64,000 nucleotides of DNA from Microthyrium microscopicum (taxonomy: Eukaryota): contig MU004237.1 in NCBI GenBank assembly GCA_010405405.1, forward strand, positions 1,685,345 to 1,749,344, written 5' to 3'. This document shows positions 1-12,063 of this stretch, one piece after another. A program made the translations under genes and the position numbers. Below the pieces are notes generated by a model. The model was not told the DNA's origin, did no database searches, and saw only the letters and a program-made list of their open reading frames with translations. Each line of letters begins with the position of its first letter. The first letter of the stretch is position 1.

Positions 1-3000
1 CGGACTTCCTGTATGTAGTTGCTACCCTCCTCTCTCAAGGTGAACATGCTGAGATACTTGTCTTTGTTGCTGAGTTTGGTCTCGGGATGATCTCCAGCAG
101 ATTGGGAAAGCTTGGAGTCAGACTTGGTGCGATGAGGCGCACCACCTGGCCGCATACCATTCTTAGTTGGAGATGGTGGCATACTCTGGGTTGGACGATC
201 GTGGGAAGCGAGTGACACACCAGCGGTCATTTCGGTCATATCAGCCACATCGGTATCTTCGTCATCATCAAAGAGAGCGTCGGCTTCATCGGTAGCCATA
301 GAGCCAGTGTCCAATTGGCGACGTTTGGCTTCTTGGGCCTCCTTCTCGCGCTGCTTGGCCGCCTCCTGTTCACGGTGAAGCTGAGCAGTAGCCTGGTTGT
401 TGTTGCCACGAGAGTTGGCCTTTGGCTGTTCGTCTTCTGGGACATAGGCTGAGGATGGCACACCCTTCTCCCAAAACAGTTCAAGGAGACGAGTGTGTTT
501 GTCAAACTCTGCTTTCTTGAGTGGCAGCTGGTCGCAGTGAACACGCTTTTCAAAGCCCCATTCAGGGATGAGAACATCAAAGGCTGATTCGTAGACGCAG
601 ACTACAATACCTTCGGCAATGAGGTCACCGCCAATCTCACGAGCCTTTTTGTCCATCATACGGCAGGCATCGATGTGAACGCTTTGCTCTTGAGCGAAAT
701 GTGCCGAATCCTTCTTCGTGGTACACATCTCCGCGGCCTTAGCCAAGCTATCAACGTCTTCAGCGAAATCGCTAGGGTTACCAGCAAGAACAGAATCAAG
801 CTGTCGGTGAACAAGAACGTCGGCGTAACGGCGAGTTGGGTGAGTGAAATGAGTGTACACCGGCAAGTTCAAAGCATAATGAGCATGCTTGTCTTCGGAT
901 GATCGTCCTGCAACATAATAGCGGCCTCGTTGCATAGTCTTGATGAGGAGGGTCTCAACACCCTTTCGGGTATCATCGTCCTCGATCTTGAAGATGCTGT
1001 TTTGCAGACTGCCACTGCTCTCAGTGTCAATGTCGAGACCAATTCCGTTCATGCGTTCATGGAAAGTCTGGAGACGACGCATGTTTGGTGCATCTTGGCG
1101 ACGAAGGAAAGCCTTTTCAGGCATGGCTTCATGAAGCTTATTGGCAACAAAGTAGTTAGCCTTGCAGCATATTTCTTCAATGAGCTCATGAGCTGGCGAG
1201 GAGTTGAAGATGTTGTTCTCCGGTGGTACGTTTTCGTCATCGAGCTGATAGACGAGGCGTAGGGCTGGGATTTCAACCTCTGAACGATCACCATAGCGAG
1301 CTTGTCGCCATCTACGAATGATACTGTTGAGTTTCTTGACATCTTCGGCTTGGCTGTTGTTGAGACCAGATCCACGTCCAGAGAGAACACTGTCGACGTC
1401 TTCGTATGAAAGTAAGCCGGTGCTTTTGATGATACCCTTTCCGATCCAGGTCTCGTCATCAAGAACACGTCCAGTGGAGAGATCAACCTTGAAAACAATA
1501 CTGACAGTGTAGCGGTCCTCACCAGGCTTCAAGCAGAGAATATCGGTAGATAGACGAGGTGGAAGGAGATTAACCGTTCGGTTCGTCAAATATACTGCAG
1601 TGCCACGCTTGCGAGCCTCGCGATCAACCAAAGAGTTGGCCTTGACAAAGTGAGCAACATCTGCAACATGGATAGCGATTTCAGCATGTCCATCATCAAG
1701 AATCTTGAAATGAACTGCATTGTCCAGTTCCTTGATGCCATGGGGGTTGACAGTAAGAACAGGGTCATTGCGGAAATCACGGCGCTCTTGGGTAGCGGCC
1801 TCTCCATCAGCTTCAACGGACCATTGGTCATGTCCAACGTTGTTTGAGACAGCCTCCGCAAATTCATCAGGACCGAAGTTGTTGTCGCGCAAAAGAGCAT
1901 CGGTTTCCACCTTAAGGTCGCCCATGTCTCCAAGAGATTCAACGAGTGTGCCAAATGGATGCAACGAAGTAATGGGCCATCGCTTTATGCAAGCCACAAA
2001 TATTTTATTGGCATAATCTTGGTGACGTTCAACAAAGTCTCGTGGAGCTTGTTCAGTTGGAATGGCAATGAGGGGAACACGCTTGTCGGTAGGCTTGAAC
2101 CACACAATCTTTGGGCGCTCTTGTTGGCGTTCTGGCTGTCGGTGATGGGAGCCTTCACGAGCAGCACGTTCGGCTTCTTGTTTCTCCTTGGTTGCCTGGC
2201 TGGATGGACGGAGAAGACCCAAAGTACCAGAAAACATCTGACCGGCGACTCGCTCAATGACAGCAACAACATGGCCAGCATAGAGAGGCTTTTGCTCATC
2301 GTTGATTTCCTCTTCCTCCATCAAAAGAAGACTCTGACCTTCGACTTCGACGTCATCATTCTTCTTCTGGGTAGGTCGTTGTCGTAGACTGCCACGGCGA
2401 CGAAGACCGCCCTCAGAAGCAGACTCTGGTTGAGTTGTGGCGTCATTGACAGCAATGGTGCTGGCGCGACCATCGTTGCCGTCCTTGCGCTTTTTCTTCT
2501 CTTCCTTCTCACGCTTCTGGCCCCAAACTTCATCGACATCGAGAAGTTCAATAGCAACGAGATCGCCTTCGAGAGCACGATTGCGATCTTTGCTTCCGCA
2601 AATGAAGATGTCAGCATCCAGGTCATTGGTGGTGACATATGCGTCGCTACGGTTCTTTTTGTTGACACGAAGGATACCTTGTACCAGCTGGCCATCACCC
2701 AAGAGAGCTGGGAGAGTTGCTTGTGGAAGGTAAGGAGTGAATAGAGTCTTGCGCTGCTGTTGGTTTCCACCCATGCTCATTTGAGGAGCATGTTGACTAC
2801 CAGCCATACCCATCTGACCACCCATTTGCATTTGAAGCTGGGCAAGCTGAAGTTGGTTTAGAGCCTGAGTGCCAAACATCTGAGGCATCAAGAACTGTCC
2901 TTGTGGTAATTGGACAAGTTGAGGCTGTCCAGGATACTGGAAGTTGCCGATCGAGCCCATGGACTGATTGACTGAGCCACGAGAACGATGGCCAGGCTGG

Positions 3001-3998
3001 AAAGGTGGTGCATTGGCAGTAAAGTTTCCCATAGTACCATGCTGGGGTTGTTCCTGATTGTTCTGGTTGTTTTGGGGCTGGCGCCAGTTGCCATCAAAGT
3101 TTCGTGAGCCTGAGCGACCATGTCCATGAGAGCCACGACGAGCAAAGTCGTTTTGGTTGGAATTCGAGTCATTTGCAGGAAATTGAAAACCGCCACGTCC
3201 ATTGCCACTGCCCCTACTACCAACAGCCATACTCTGGCTACGGCCGTGAGAGGTACCGCGACCTCTAGGCGCATAACTACCTTGCTGCTGCTGTTGGGGT
3301 TGCTGCGGTTGTACTGACGAGTTGGTTGGTGAACTAGAAGAGCCTTGGCTGTTAGTTTCACCTCCAGGGCCTGGGAATTGGAAGTTGGCGTTCTTGCGCT
3401 TTTGTTCCGCAGCTTCTGCAGCCTTTTTTGCTTCTGGTAGAGCGAGCGAGTGTCGGCGGGCATGGCCACCGCCAGGTGGATTGGCATTTCCACGTCCACC
3501 TCGAGGGTTGGCATTTTCACGTCCTTGATAAGAATAATAAGTGTTAAGTTCTGTTTTTTCGGGATAGGTATACAAACCTTGAGGAGCTGGTGGTGGACCC
3601 ATTGAGCCCATGCCAGCAGCCGATTGATTACGGCGATGTGCTGAAGGTTGTGTAGGAGCATTCATTGGTACAGCAAGGTGCTGTTGAGGCATTCCCTGAG
3701 GCATTTGGAAGTTCTGATGCATCTGACCTTGCATGGGAAAGCCTTGCATTTGTTGCTGAGGCTGAAGTAATCCCATATTGACATACTGTTGATGAGGCAT
3801 ATGCTGTTGGGGTTGAAGGAAATCTGAAGTTTGGGACATTTGGAGATGTTCGACTAGGAAAAAGTCAGTATTCAGTGAGAATTGACAGGGGAACAACATA
3901 CTCATGAGAGGTGTAAGTTCCGACGGGCTACGGCGATGAGCAATGTGCAGTCTACGACCATTGAGGCCCGTAGGGCCAGGTTGAGCATTTGGATCCAT
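1..3998 (-). CDS. SSD1: SSD1/GUL-1 family RNB-domain pseudonuclease, mRNA-binding cell-wall regulator; 3' end runs off the window
   Basis: ATG at 3998 gives MDPNAQPGPTGLNGRRLHIAHRRSPSELTPLM. Introns at 3901-3854 and about 3577-3524. The low-complexity N-terminus has repeated HxRxxS NDR-kinase sites (HRRSPS, HRRNQS, HARRHS, HGRSQS) and FQFP motifs. It is followed by cold-shock and RNB-like regions (KIVWFKPTDKRVPLIAIP, HVADVAHFVK, HFTHPTRRYADV). The frame is still open at base 1. Confidence 0.93.
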   Translation of the reverse strand, partial: MDPNAQPGPTGLNGRRLHIAHRRSPSELTPLMSMLFPCQFSLNTDFFLVEHLQMSQTSDFLQPQQHMPHQQYVNMGLLQPQQQMQGFPMQGQMHQNFQMPQGMPQQHLAVPMNAPTQPSAHRRNQSAAGMGSMGPPPAPQGLYTYPEKTELNTYYSYQGRENANPRGGRGNANPPGGGHARRHSLALPEAKKAAEAAEQKRKNANFQFPGPGGETNSQGSSSSPTNSSVQPQQPQQQQQGSYAPRGRGTSHGRSQSMAVGSRGSGNGRGGFQFPANDSNSNQNDFARRGSHGHGRSGSRNFDGNWRQPQNNQNNQEQPQHGTMGNFTANAPPFQPGHRSRGSVNQSMGSIGNFQYPGQPQLVQLPQGQFLMPQMFGTQALNQLQLAQLQMQMGGQMGMAGSQHAPQMSMGGNQQQRKTLFTPYLPQATLPALLGDGQLVQGILRVNKKNRSDAYVTTNDLDADIFICGSKDRNRALEGDLVAIELLDVDEVWGQKREKEEKKKRKDGNDGRASTIAVNDATTQPESASEGGLRRRGSLRQRPTQKKNDDVEVEGQSLLLMEEEEINDEQKPLYAGHVVAVIERVAGQMFSGTLGLLRPSSQATKEKQEAERAAREGSHHRQPERQQERPKIVWFKPTDKRVPLIAIPTEQAPRDFVERHQDYANKIFVACIKRWPITSLHPFGTLVESLGDMGDLKVETDALLRDNNFGPDEFAEAVSNNVGHDQWSVEADGEAATQERRDFRNDPVLTVNPHGIKELDNAVHFKILDDGHAEIAIHVADVAHFVKANSLVDREARKRGTAVYLTNRTVNLLPPRLSTDILCLKPGEDRYTVSIVFKVDLSTGRVLDDETWIGKGIIKSTGLLSYEDVDSVLSGRGSGLNNSQAEDVKKLNSIIRRWRQARYGDRSEVEIPALRLVYQLDDENVPPENNIFNSSPAHELIEEICCKANYFVANKLHEAMPEKAFLRRQDAPNMRRLQTFHERMNGIGLDIDTESSGSLQNSIFKIEDDDTRKGVETLLIKTMQRGRYYVAGRSSEDKHAHYALNLPVYTHFTHPTRRYADVLVHRQLDSVLAGNPSDFAEDVDSLAKAAEMCTTKKDSAHFAQEQSVHIDACRMMDKKAREIGGDLIAEGIVVCVYESAFDVLIPEWGFEKRVHCDQLPLKKAEFDKHTRLLELFWEKGVPSSAYVPEDEQPKANSRGNNNQATAQLHREQEAAKQREKEAQEAKRRQLDTGSMATDEADALFDDDEDTDVADMTEMTAGVSLASHDRPTQSMPPSPTKNGMRPGGAPHRTKSDSKLSQSAGDHPETKLSNKDKYLSMFTLREEGSNYIQEV

Positions 3999-4104
3999 TG
4001 TGAAAGAGCTTGCAAAGCCCGTGTATGAAAGCAAAAAGTATGTGGTCTAAGTTGTCGAAAGACGTTGGATATGGGCGATGGTAGATGAAATTTGTTACTG
4101 TTGA

Positions 4105-4229
4105 CTACGAAGCTGTCAGCACGGGCTCACGATCGATGCGGTCATGATGGGAGCAGGGATCAACGTTGACAGATGGTGCGGATGGTCAAGTCAATGCCAA
4201 GGAGACGAGTCTGGGTCTTTGAAGCTTAC
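4105..4229 (-). other. Probable 5'UTR intron of SSD1
   Basis: Minus-strand GTAAGC donor at 4229, GCTGAC branch site near 4120-4115 and TAG acceptor ending at 4105, about 107 nt upstream of the ATG. Confidence 0.55.
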
Positions 4230-5612
4230 CGGACAATATGGTATGCTGTGGATTTTGGATGAAGGATTTGGTGAGACTCGAGTATGAGCAGAGATGGGTG
4301 AAACTGGTGGAGCTGGAGGGACAGTTGTTTGCAGTAGACGGTAGAGATGGTAAAAAGGAATCACTTGGGTAACCTGAGTGAAGGAGCGGATGACAATGTC
4401 CGGGGAGGAGACGACCACCGACCGATGAGTACTCTGTTGGAAGGACGAGCAGTAATCCGATTGTGTAAACTGTGAAGCTGGACAAGTGGGACCAAGGAGG
4501 GAGAAGTTGATGATGCAAGCTATGGAGTGCGAGCTGAGAGCTTTGAGTGCCGTGGCAGGCGACAGTGTTCACAGGTAGTAGGCAGTAGGGAGTGATGCAG
4601 GCAGCGCAAGTGAAGGAGAGAAAGATGAGAGCTCTAATGACTGAGTGAGGGTGGTTATGAAGATGGCATAGGAGGAGGCGACGATGAGGGAATAAGGATG
4701 GATAGATTGAGAGAGTGAGGAGAGATGGAAGCTGGAGGAGGAGTGAGTGAGTGAGTGCAGTGCGGAGAGACAGAAGGTGCAAGGCTCAAAGGTGGGAGAG
4801 GTGTTTTAGTGCTAAGTGCCATGGCAGGCTAAGCCCACAAGCCTCTGATGATGTGGGTGGATCTTTTACCCACTCCTTCATCTTCTACATTTATTTACGA
4901 TGTACATCTACTTCGAGCCAAATACTTCGTTAATTATTCTACTGATCCTCTACCAATGCAAGGAAAATCTCTTGCATCTGCTGCATTGACGCATCAATCA
5001 GTGCAAGAGTGCGTAACTAATTGTGGATCTCGCCCAGGTGTTTTACTCGTTTGGGATGCTGACAGCAGATTGACAAAAAACCGCATACTCCCATCAAGTG
5101 CAATACTTACATACTGTTCTCTTCCTTCTTTTCTGATCTTTAGGCGCATAGATAAAGTACCGCTTCATTGGATGCAAATGGAAAATAGCTGTTTTCTCTT
5201 CATTCGATGCGATGGTGGCCGTGGCCATACATGATACTGAAGTAGTCGACGTTTACTTTTGTAAGTCGCCTTGTGAGACATCTTCGCCCCTCGATTAGCT
5301 ATGGAAATCGTCTGTCGCATTCAATACCAGGAAGCACCTCCTTTACTCATCCGTATCGAGCACTATTTCGTCCTAGACTCAAGACAACACCCGGTCACTT
5401 TTGACGATATAAAAATAGCTTGCCCTGTCCCATACTCAATCCATACATCAATCTTCACCAGGATACATCACTAACAGACATATATTGCGTCGGATTGATG
5501 TCACTGTTAAAGCAATGAGTTCGCTGCTCAGAATTTCATGATCTGGATGTTACGAAGCTTTTTTCGTGGCCGTGAAAGAGATGGTGGCAATTCATTGTCT
5601 TGACAAGCTGCG

Positions 5613-5763
5613 TACCGTTTTTACCCTTTCAGTTGGGACATGCTAGCGCGCTTTTTTTTGCTGGTGGCGCTCTGAGCTTAGGCAGTGACTCGCTATCGCT
5701 TACGGACAAACCTCGCCTAAAAACCCGCGCTAGCATGTCCCAACTGAAAGGGTAAAAACGGTA
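5613..5763. mobile_element. MITE family B, copy 1 (TA-flanked, Tc1/mariner-pogo-like ends)
   Basis: Perfect 38-bp inverted repeat including the terminal TA: taccgtttttaccctttcagttgggacatgctagcgcg (5613-5650) and its reverse complement (5726-5763). Interior resembles 30054-30203. Confidence 0.85.
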
Positions 5764-7040
5764 TTGTAAAGCTGACTTGATTCGCACAACCTGAAAAAGG
5801 AAAAGTGTTCAGCTGCGTCCTGCAGGAGGCAGCATAAACTTCCAGATTTCTACCATCCTCCTGCGTTTTTGTTCTCGAAAAGAATAGTCATTGGTCTGTT
5901 ATGCGCTCAATTCATGCTATACGATAATCGATGCGCAGATATCGAACCCGCAATCCGACTGCATACTCCGATGCGATGCTACTCTACTCTGGTACTGATG
6001 TTGCCCATGGATCATACAATTCCCTAGCACAAACGTACCGAGCATCGTTCTTCCAAGAAACAAAGATACAAACAACGCATTCTCAATGTACTTTTGCCCT
6101 AATGAAAAGCTTTCCATCAATGGTTTTAACCTCATCTCGAGATCAGGCTCAGAGCCCTCGAAAAGCTCGAGTTTTCGACTGTAAACAAACACATGGGTAT
6201 CTACAACAACCGTTATAGCTCAATATCAACCTCATCTTTTCTTTAATTAGCATCTCTCCCCACAACAGGAATACTTGGCGACACTAGCAGTATACCTAAT
6301 CATCCTTGTATTTTCGTTCTTGAACCTTCTCCAGGGCCGAAAATGTTCAAGGGCATCCATGTTTCCAGGTTGGTCAATATCAAGACGCCTCGAGGTGACT
6401 CTGATTATTTCAGCAATGGCTTCATGATACACCAAGCTTCCGCTTCTTTCAAAGACGCCTTTGAATATCAGTCCAGATCCTTACTAACCTTATGTACACA
6501 GCTCTATAGATCATATATCGTATTGTAAGATTTGCGCGCCCTCAAGTTTTGGTGCATATACTATACACCTAATTATTAGTAAGTTGGTCATGTTGCGTAA
6601 CTCGCGTCGAGGTCATACATTCACGATCTAGCAAGAAGTCCTCTAATGCTGGCCCATCCCAAGCAATTAACCCCATTACAATAACATTATTTAAAGTGCG
6701 GCAAATAGCTGTGAAAGGGAAGTGTTCATGAACCTACGGTAAGACGTCAGATCCTAGAAATTGATGGCACCTTCGAAACGCCACCCATTTGATTTCCTGA
6801 GCGCGCGACGCGTCTCCATTGACATCGTCCTTCTCCCAGACCCTCTCCAACTTTGTCCCTCATCTAGACCCAATTGTTCGCGAAGGCCAAACTACAAAGC
6901 CTAATGCCAAATCACCCCCCTTTCATTCTAGCACATATTGTTTGACCAACCCTCTCCAATTCCCTCCTTCAAGCACAACAAGCGTCGTGCGTTCGCTAGG
7001 TATCCAGTTACTTCTCTTTCTCGGAGCCTCGCTCTTCAGC

Positions 7041-8107
7041 ATGACCATGGCTCAGAGCAGAATAAATACCACTGAAGACCAAATACAAATGTAAGCCTTG
7101 TGATGTAGTGGTCATATAGACACCTTCCACTAATCACCCGGACTAGTGCAACGACAATTAGAGATAAAAAACGAAAACGACAAGAGGCCGAAGCGTTAGC
7201 ACGGAAACGTCGCAATATTTGTTCTGCCCGTTGGGCCACCGGTGGCCGTTGTGAAGTTTCAAGCTCTTATTCGTAAGTTTCCCAGATTCTCTCCGTACTA
7301 TCACCGCGAAGGCTAATGCTTTCTTTTTCTTATAACAGATTTCGAGGCCCATCAATCCAAATCATAGTTGGCGAAGGCCACGATACATATACACCACATA
7401 CCTTCACCGTTCTCCAGGATGTTCTGACTGCAGACTCATTGTTTTTCCGGAACATGTTGCAAAGCAAATTCAAGGAAGGCTCAGAAGGCGTTGTGAGACT
7501 GCCTGACCAGGACCCTGATGTATTCGAAGTATACCTGAAATACCTCTATCAGCAAAAGATTTTCACTGCAAACGATCTATCCCCTCAAAATCACGAAGGA
7601 ACCTATGATAGGCCTACAGCGAGGGACAAGCTACAGAGGGACGCCAGGGCTGCCGCGGAAGCGGTGATCTTGGTACAGGCGATTAGCCTCGCAGACTATT
7701 TGCAAAGTGATCACTTTCATAATGCGTCGATTGATGCGTTGATCGAGAGTTGCCAAGTATATGGTTGGACGCAATTCACTACCACAGAAGCGGTTGCGCT
7801 AGTAGTAGAAGTTGGTGTACCCTCACTTCTGAAGTTGACTAGAGATATTCTTATCTTCGAAGCCGATTATATAGACCCCGAAGAGGAAGTATCGCCGGAG
7901 GTCTCAAAGTTCTACTATAACGCTCTAGCTGAAGCCGTCAAGTGGCTAAAGAGGGGTGGACAGCCTTCTAAACGTCCATGGGACGGTGACAGATGCCAGT
8001 ATCATCGTCATCCCGAGAATAAAAATGGCGATGACTCTGTTCAAGTTGAGGAAGCAGAGAACATAGATCCCTCCCCATGGACCTCAAGTCATCCACCAGA
8101 CTGGTAA
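7041..8107 (+). CDS. BTB/POZ domain protein
   Basis: Three exons (introns 7091-7146 and about 7273-7339) join in frame. BTB signature IQIIVG...FTVLQDVLTADSLFFRNMLQSKFKEGSEGVVRLPDQDPDVFEVYLKYLY, ADYLQ, C-terminal CQYHRH, basic NLS-like KKRKR. Confidence 0.88.
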
Positions 8108-8546
8108 GATAACAAGGATATACATGGAATGAGATTTTATTCTTGTCTGGACCTGACTTTCAGAAGTCGAGGAGCTCAAAAGTTGCAACTTTTTGTAGCA
8201 TTCGAAAGATTCTTAAAGCACCTTCCGTAAATAATTGATCCATACTCTTAACAACAGGTAGCTTGAATACTCGATAATGAATGAGTTGCTGGATGTTAGT
8301 AAATGCTTTTCTCCCCAAGCTCATTATTAGAAGACTTCAAGGCAACCAAGGCAATTACCGAGAAGAAGTAAGCGGCAACAAAACACCATGACTATCACCA
8401 TCCAACCCCAGGCTTATCCCCCTCTCCCATTGGTCCAGCTCCACCACCACTCCCCCATGCCATCAAATGCAATCTCCAGCGTAAGCACAACTCCGACAAT
8501 GCTTTAACTCTCTTTTCACCACCTTTCTCTGGTGATGAAGCTCTCC

Positions 8547-9715
8547 ATGCCCTCCTATTCCATTCTCCTTTCTTCTCTCTTCCTCGCCCTCCCGCTCATC
8601 ATTTACACAATGGGCCTCTTCACCCGCAAATCCCAATTCGTTGTCGATGGCCGTGTAAGTTCCCTGTTACCGTACAGCTTACAAAACTGACTTCAGCAGA
8701 CGGTCCTGATCACCGGCGCCTCACAAGGTCTCGGCCGCGCTCTCGCAAAGCTTCTCGCGCAAAAAGGCGCAAATGTCATCGTCGTAGCGCGCAGCGAAGA
8801 CAAGCTCAAAGCCGTCGTCGCTGAATGCAGAGTAGCCTTTCCTATTCCTCTCCTTGTTCTATACTGATACAACTGCGATAGGCCGCAGCAATTCACTCCT
8901 CCCAACGCTTCACCCACTTCGCCATCGACCTAACTTCCCCCGCCGCGAATACCCAGCTCCTCGCCGACGCAACACAATGGAACGACAACGTCCCTCCCCC
9001 AATCATCTGGGCCAACGCTGGCTCCGCCTACCCACATCTCCTCGCCGACACGCCCGTCGATACATTAAGATCACAAATGGACATTGATTACTGGGCAGCT
9101 GCATACCTCGCGAAAGAGAGTATTGCCGCCTGGATATCTACCAGCACCAACGACACCAAAGAAAGCAAGGGAAAAGATGGACTACCAAATCACTTGATAA
9201 TGACATCGAGCGTGATTGCTTTCGCCCCACTCGCCGGCTACGGTCCCTACGCACCCGCCAAAGCTGCCCTTCGCGCCCTCGCGGATACACTACGCTCCGA
9301 ATTACATCTCTACAATGGGGCTCGTTTACATAAGTCTTCTCCAAGCACGCATCCAGAGCTACGCAACCATGTCGTTTTCCCATCCGGGATAACAACCGAA
9401 GGTTTCGACGCTGAGAACCTCGTCAAACATCCCGTCACGAAGATTCTTGAAGAAGATGACAAGCCCCAAACACCCGAGGAAGTTGCCATAGCGGCCGTGA
9501 GAGGCTTGGAGAGGGGTGAGTATATGATCACGACGAACGCTTTAGGGTATCTGATGAAGGTCTCGTCACTGGGAGGGAGTAAGCGGAATGGTTGGGCTGT
9601 GCTGGATACAGTTGGCAGCTGGGTGGGCAGTTTGGTGTGGTTATTTGTTGGACCGGATCTGGATAGCAAGGTTTTTAAATGGGGGAAAGCGAATGGTGTC
9701 AATGGGAGTAGCTGA
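8547..9715 (+). CDS. TSC10: 3-ketodihydrosphingosine reductase (SDR family)
   Basis: Hydrophobic N-terminus then MGLFTRKSQFVVDGR, intron, TVLITGASQGLG (Rossmann), YAPAKAALRALADTLRSE (YxxxK), EDDKPQTPEEVA and a C-terminal hydrophobic segment. The start could be 8535, 8547 or 8610. Confidence 0.88.
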
Positions 9716-10070
9716 AATAATGAAAAGTTTAGTATAGAGAGCGGTGATGTTGGTATTCAGATGTAATGTATGATAGAACAGAGCGCGTCTGGAGTACGGG
9801 GTTATTACTATTGAAAGCTGTAGACTGACTATGAGCAGAGATCTGGATCGAGATCATACATACATAATACAACCTCATATATTCAGCCATCTTCAATCTT
9901 TAACCAAAAATCCTCAAGATCATGTGTCAATCACGTATCATACATCACATATCGAAGGAGCGAAACAAATTGATGCCAGAACAATTTTAAATTCGAATGA
10001 AAAGCGGCCATTAAGCACGCACTAGATACTAGTAATTAAACTTTAAATAACTCTCCCAAAATTCCCCTCC

Positions 10071-10544
10071 TTACAAAAGCGCAGCGAAAAGACCAGCAGC
10101 ACCAAGCACAACACCAGCCGCCGCCTTTCCAGTCGCCATAGCACCACTTCCAGCACTGCTTCCACTTCCACTCGCCCCACTTGCACCAGCACCAGTGCCG
10201 CTCGCCTTGGTAGTAGTGCTGCTTGGCGTAGGTGTAATATAGCTAGTGCTTGTGCCGTTGATCGCCAATGTATAGGTATTGTTTTGGTAAGTCAAGGTCG
10301 TGGTTCCATCGCCTAGAGCTGGGATGGAAGCGGCTGGTGGCAATGAGGTGACGGCGCCGGGCTGGGTGGTTACGGCACCGGGTTGGGAGGTGACGATGGT
10401 GGGCATGCCGGTGACGACACCGTTGGAGTTTGTCTGTGTGAGGTATTGGGTTGCTGGGTTGGAGACGGGGGCGACGCTGGTGGTCATTGTTGATTGGGCG
10501 GTGGCGAAGGCCGCGAGGGCGAGGGAGATGATTGTGGTGCGCAT
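10071..10544 (-). CDS. Small Ser/Thr-rich GPI-anchored cell-wall protein (157 aa)
   Basis: Signal peptide MRTTIISLALAAFATA, TQTNSNGVVTGMP...VTSQP repeats, and a C-terminal GPI signal (SGA...GVVLGAAGLFAALL). Confidence 0.88.
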   Translation of the reverse strand: MRTTIISLALAAFATAQSTMTTSVAPVSNPATQYLTQTNSNGVVTGMPTIVTSQPGAVTTQPGAVTSLPPAASIPALGDGTTTLTYQNNTYTLAINGTSTSYITPTPSSTTTKASGTGAGASGASGSGSSAGSGAMATGKAAAGVVLGAAGLFAALL

Positions 10545-12063
10545 TTTGATGTGTTTGGTTTGGATTGTTGGATGTAGGAAAAGCGAGTGTGGTGGTGGAA
10601 GAGTTTTGGTGAGAGTGGACGTGAGGAATGTTTGTGTGGGAATGAACAAAGAGAAAATTTGGTGTAAATGGGTGGAAATGTCCAGTTTTATACGGTATGC
10701 CAATGGGCTGATTTTATTTTGGTTGGGGGCGTAGCTGGCTTTTTTTCTCCTCTTTCTCCTTTCTGGAATCCACTGGGTCAAGCGTGCTTCACAAACACGA
10801 TGGCAAAAGCCCGGCAACCCGTGAGACTCGAGAGCAACCGTCCGCAACGCGCTTTGCTTTCTTGATCTCTTTTCTTTAGAGAGAGTCCAAAACGGGCGTC
10901 GCTGATCTCCATACAGCTGCCCCTGTCCCTGCATTACTTAGTTCACCCGCTGTGCAGTGCGGCTTGCGGCTCCATCTTCGCCCTCTGTCATTGGCTGCTT
11001 TTATTAGTCTGCGTTGCTAGGCCAAGGGAGGTGGCTGCTTCAAGTCGCCCGGGGCAGAGAGTGATCGTGTTCGACGCGCGTGTGGAGAGATGCTGGCCAC
11101 CTGTGATTTGCTCGTCAAACTGGACATGTCTTGGTGGTTGTTGTGCTTCCTAACTTTGAGCTTTCTTACATTGAACTATTGGAATACATCGGGCAGTCGG
11201 CATAAGGCCTTGCCACTTACGAATGGTTATGAGGCTCAGCATGCGCAATTGCTGATAGTTTGTTTTATATGTTGGAGCTTGTAGGGGTGTTTCCGTCGCT
11301 AGCTGGTGGGTTTACGGAGGAAATTAAATCTCGAAATGGGTGGGTGACAGTCAAGCTTGGACTGGGCCTTTGTGGAGGGTGGCGTCCAACTCTGTGGACT
11401 GTGACACACCTTTTTACAATTGTGGAGATGCATCTCGTTTGCAGTTTTCTGTCTCTGGCAACTCCCGACTTCCATTTCGTCTTCGAGAGCACGAGATGCG
11501 GAGAGAAGGCGTGTTGCTCAGGATATCAAGTTGTACAAACCCTGAGGACCGTTTGAGACCGTTTGAGATTCGGGACATCTGCTCCGGCTTATCTTGAGAA
11601 TGGGACACTGGATTCGAACTGACGTTGGACAAATTCGTGTGCGAGTCGTACCGAGAGTCGGGGCTAGGTATCAAATCTCACTTCTAGACCCATTTTCAGC
11701 CTGATGGCTAATTCATGCGCAACAGTATAATGACTTAACCTCTTCGAAGTTCGTGAACAACTGCGATGGGAGTAGTCGTCGGAACGGCTGATTTATCTTG
11801 TCCCCCGAGAGTTAACTTCCTTCCTTCGTACCCAAAAACTCACCCATCTTCTCTTATATAAACAAATACAACAAACAATTGATGTTTGTCGGTAATTACA
11901 TCGCCTGTCTCTCGATACATTGCGACTTCGCCGAGCGCTGGCAAGAAGGATCGGGAGACAGTGAGCAGACTTGAGTACATAGTACTTGCAGAAGAGCGTC
12001 TATTTTGTCAAGCTCTAAAGACCATCTACAGTCTCCTAGCTACATCAAAGCTGACAACGAAAT

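Noticed and set aside
5800..6530. Short ORFs on both strands that might be a decayed gene
   Set aside because: No consistent exon chain or recognisable motif; stops interrupt the plausible frame.
10545..10934. 130-codon upstream extension of the GPI protein ORF
   Set aside because: Reads through promoter/UTR-like sequence; the signal peptide begins at ATG 10544.
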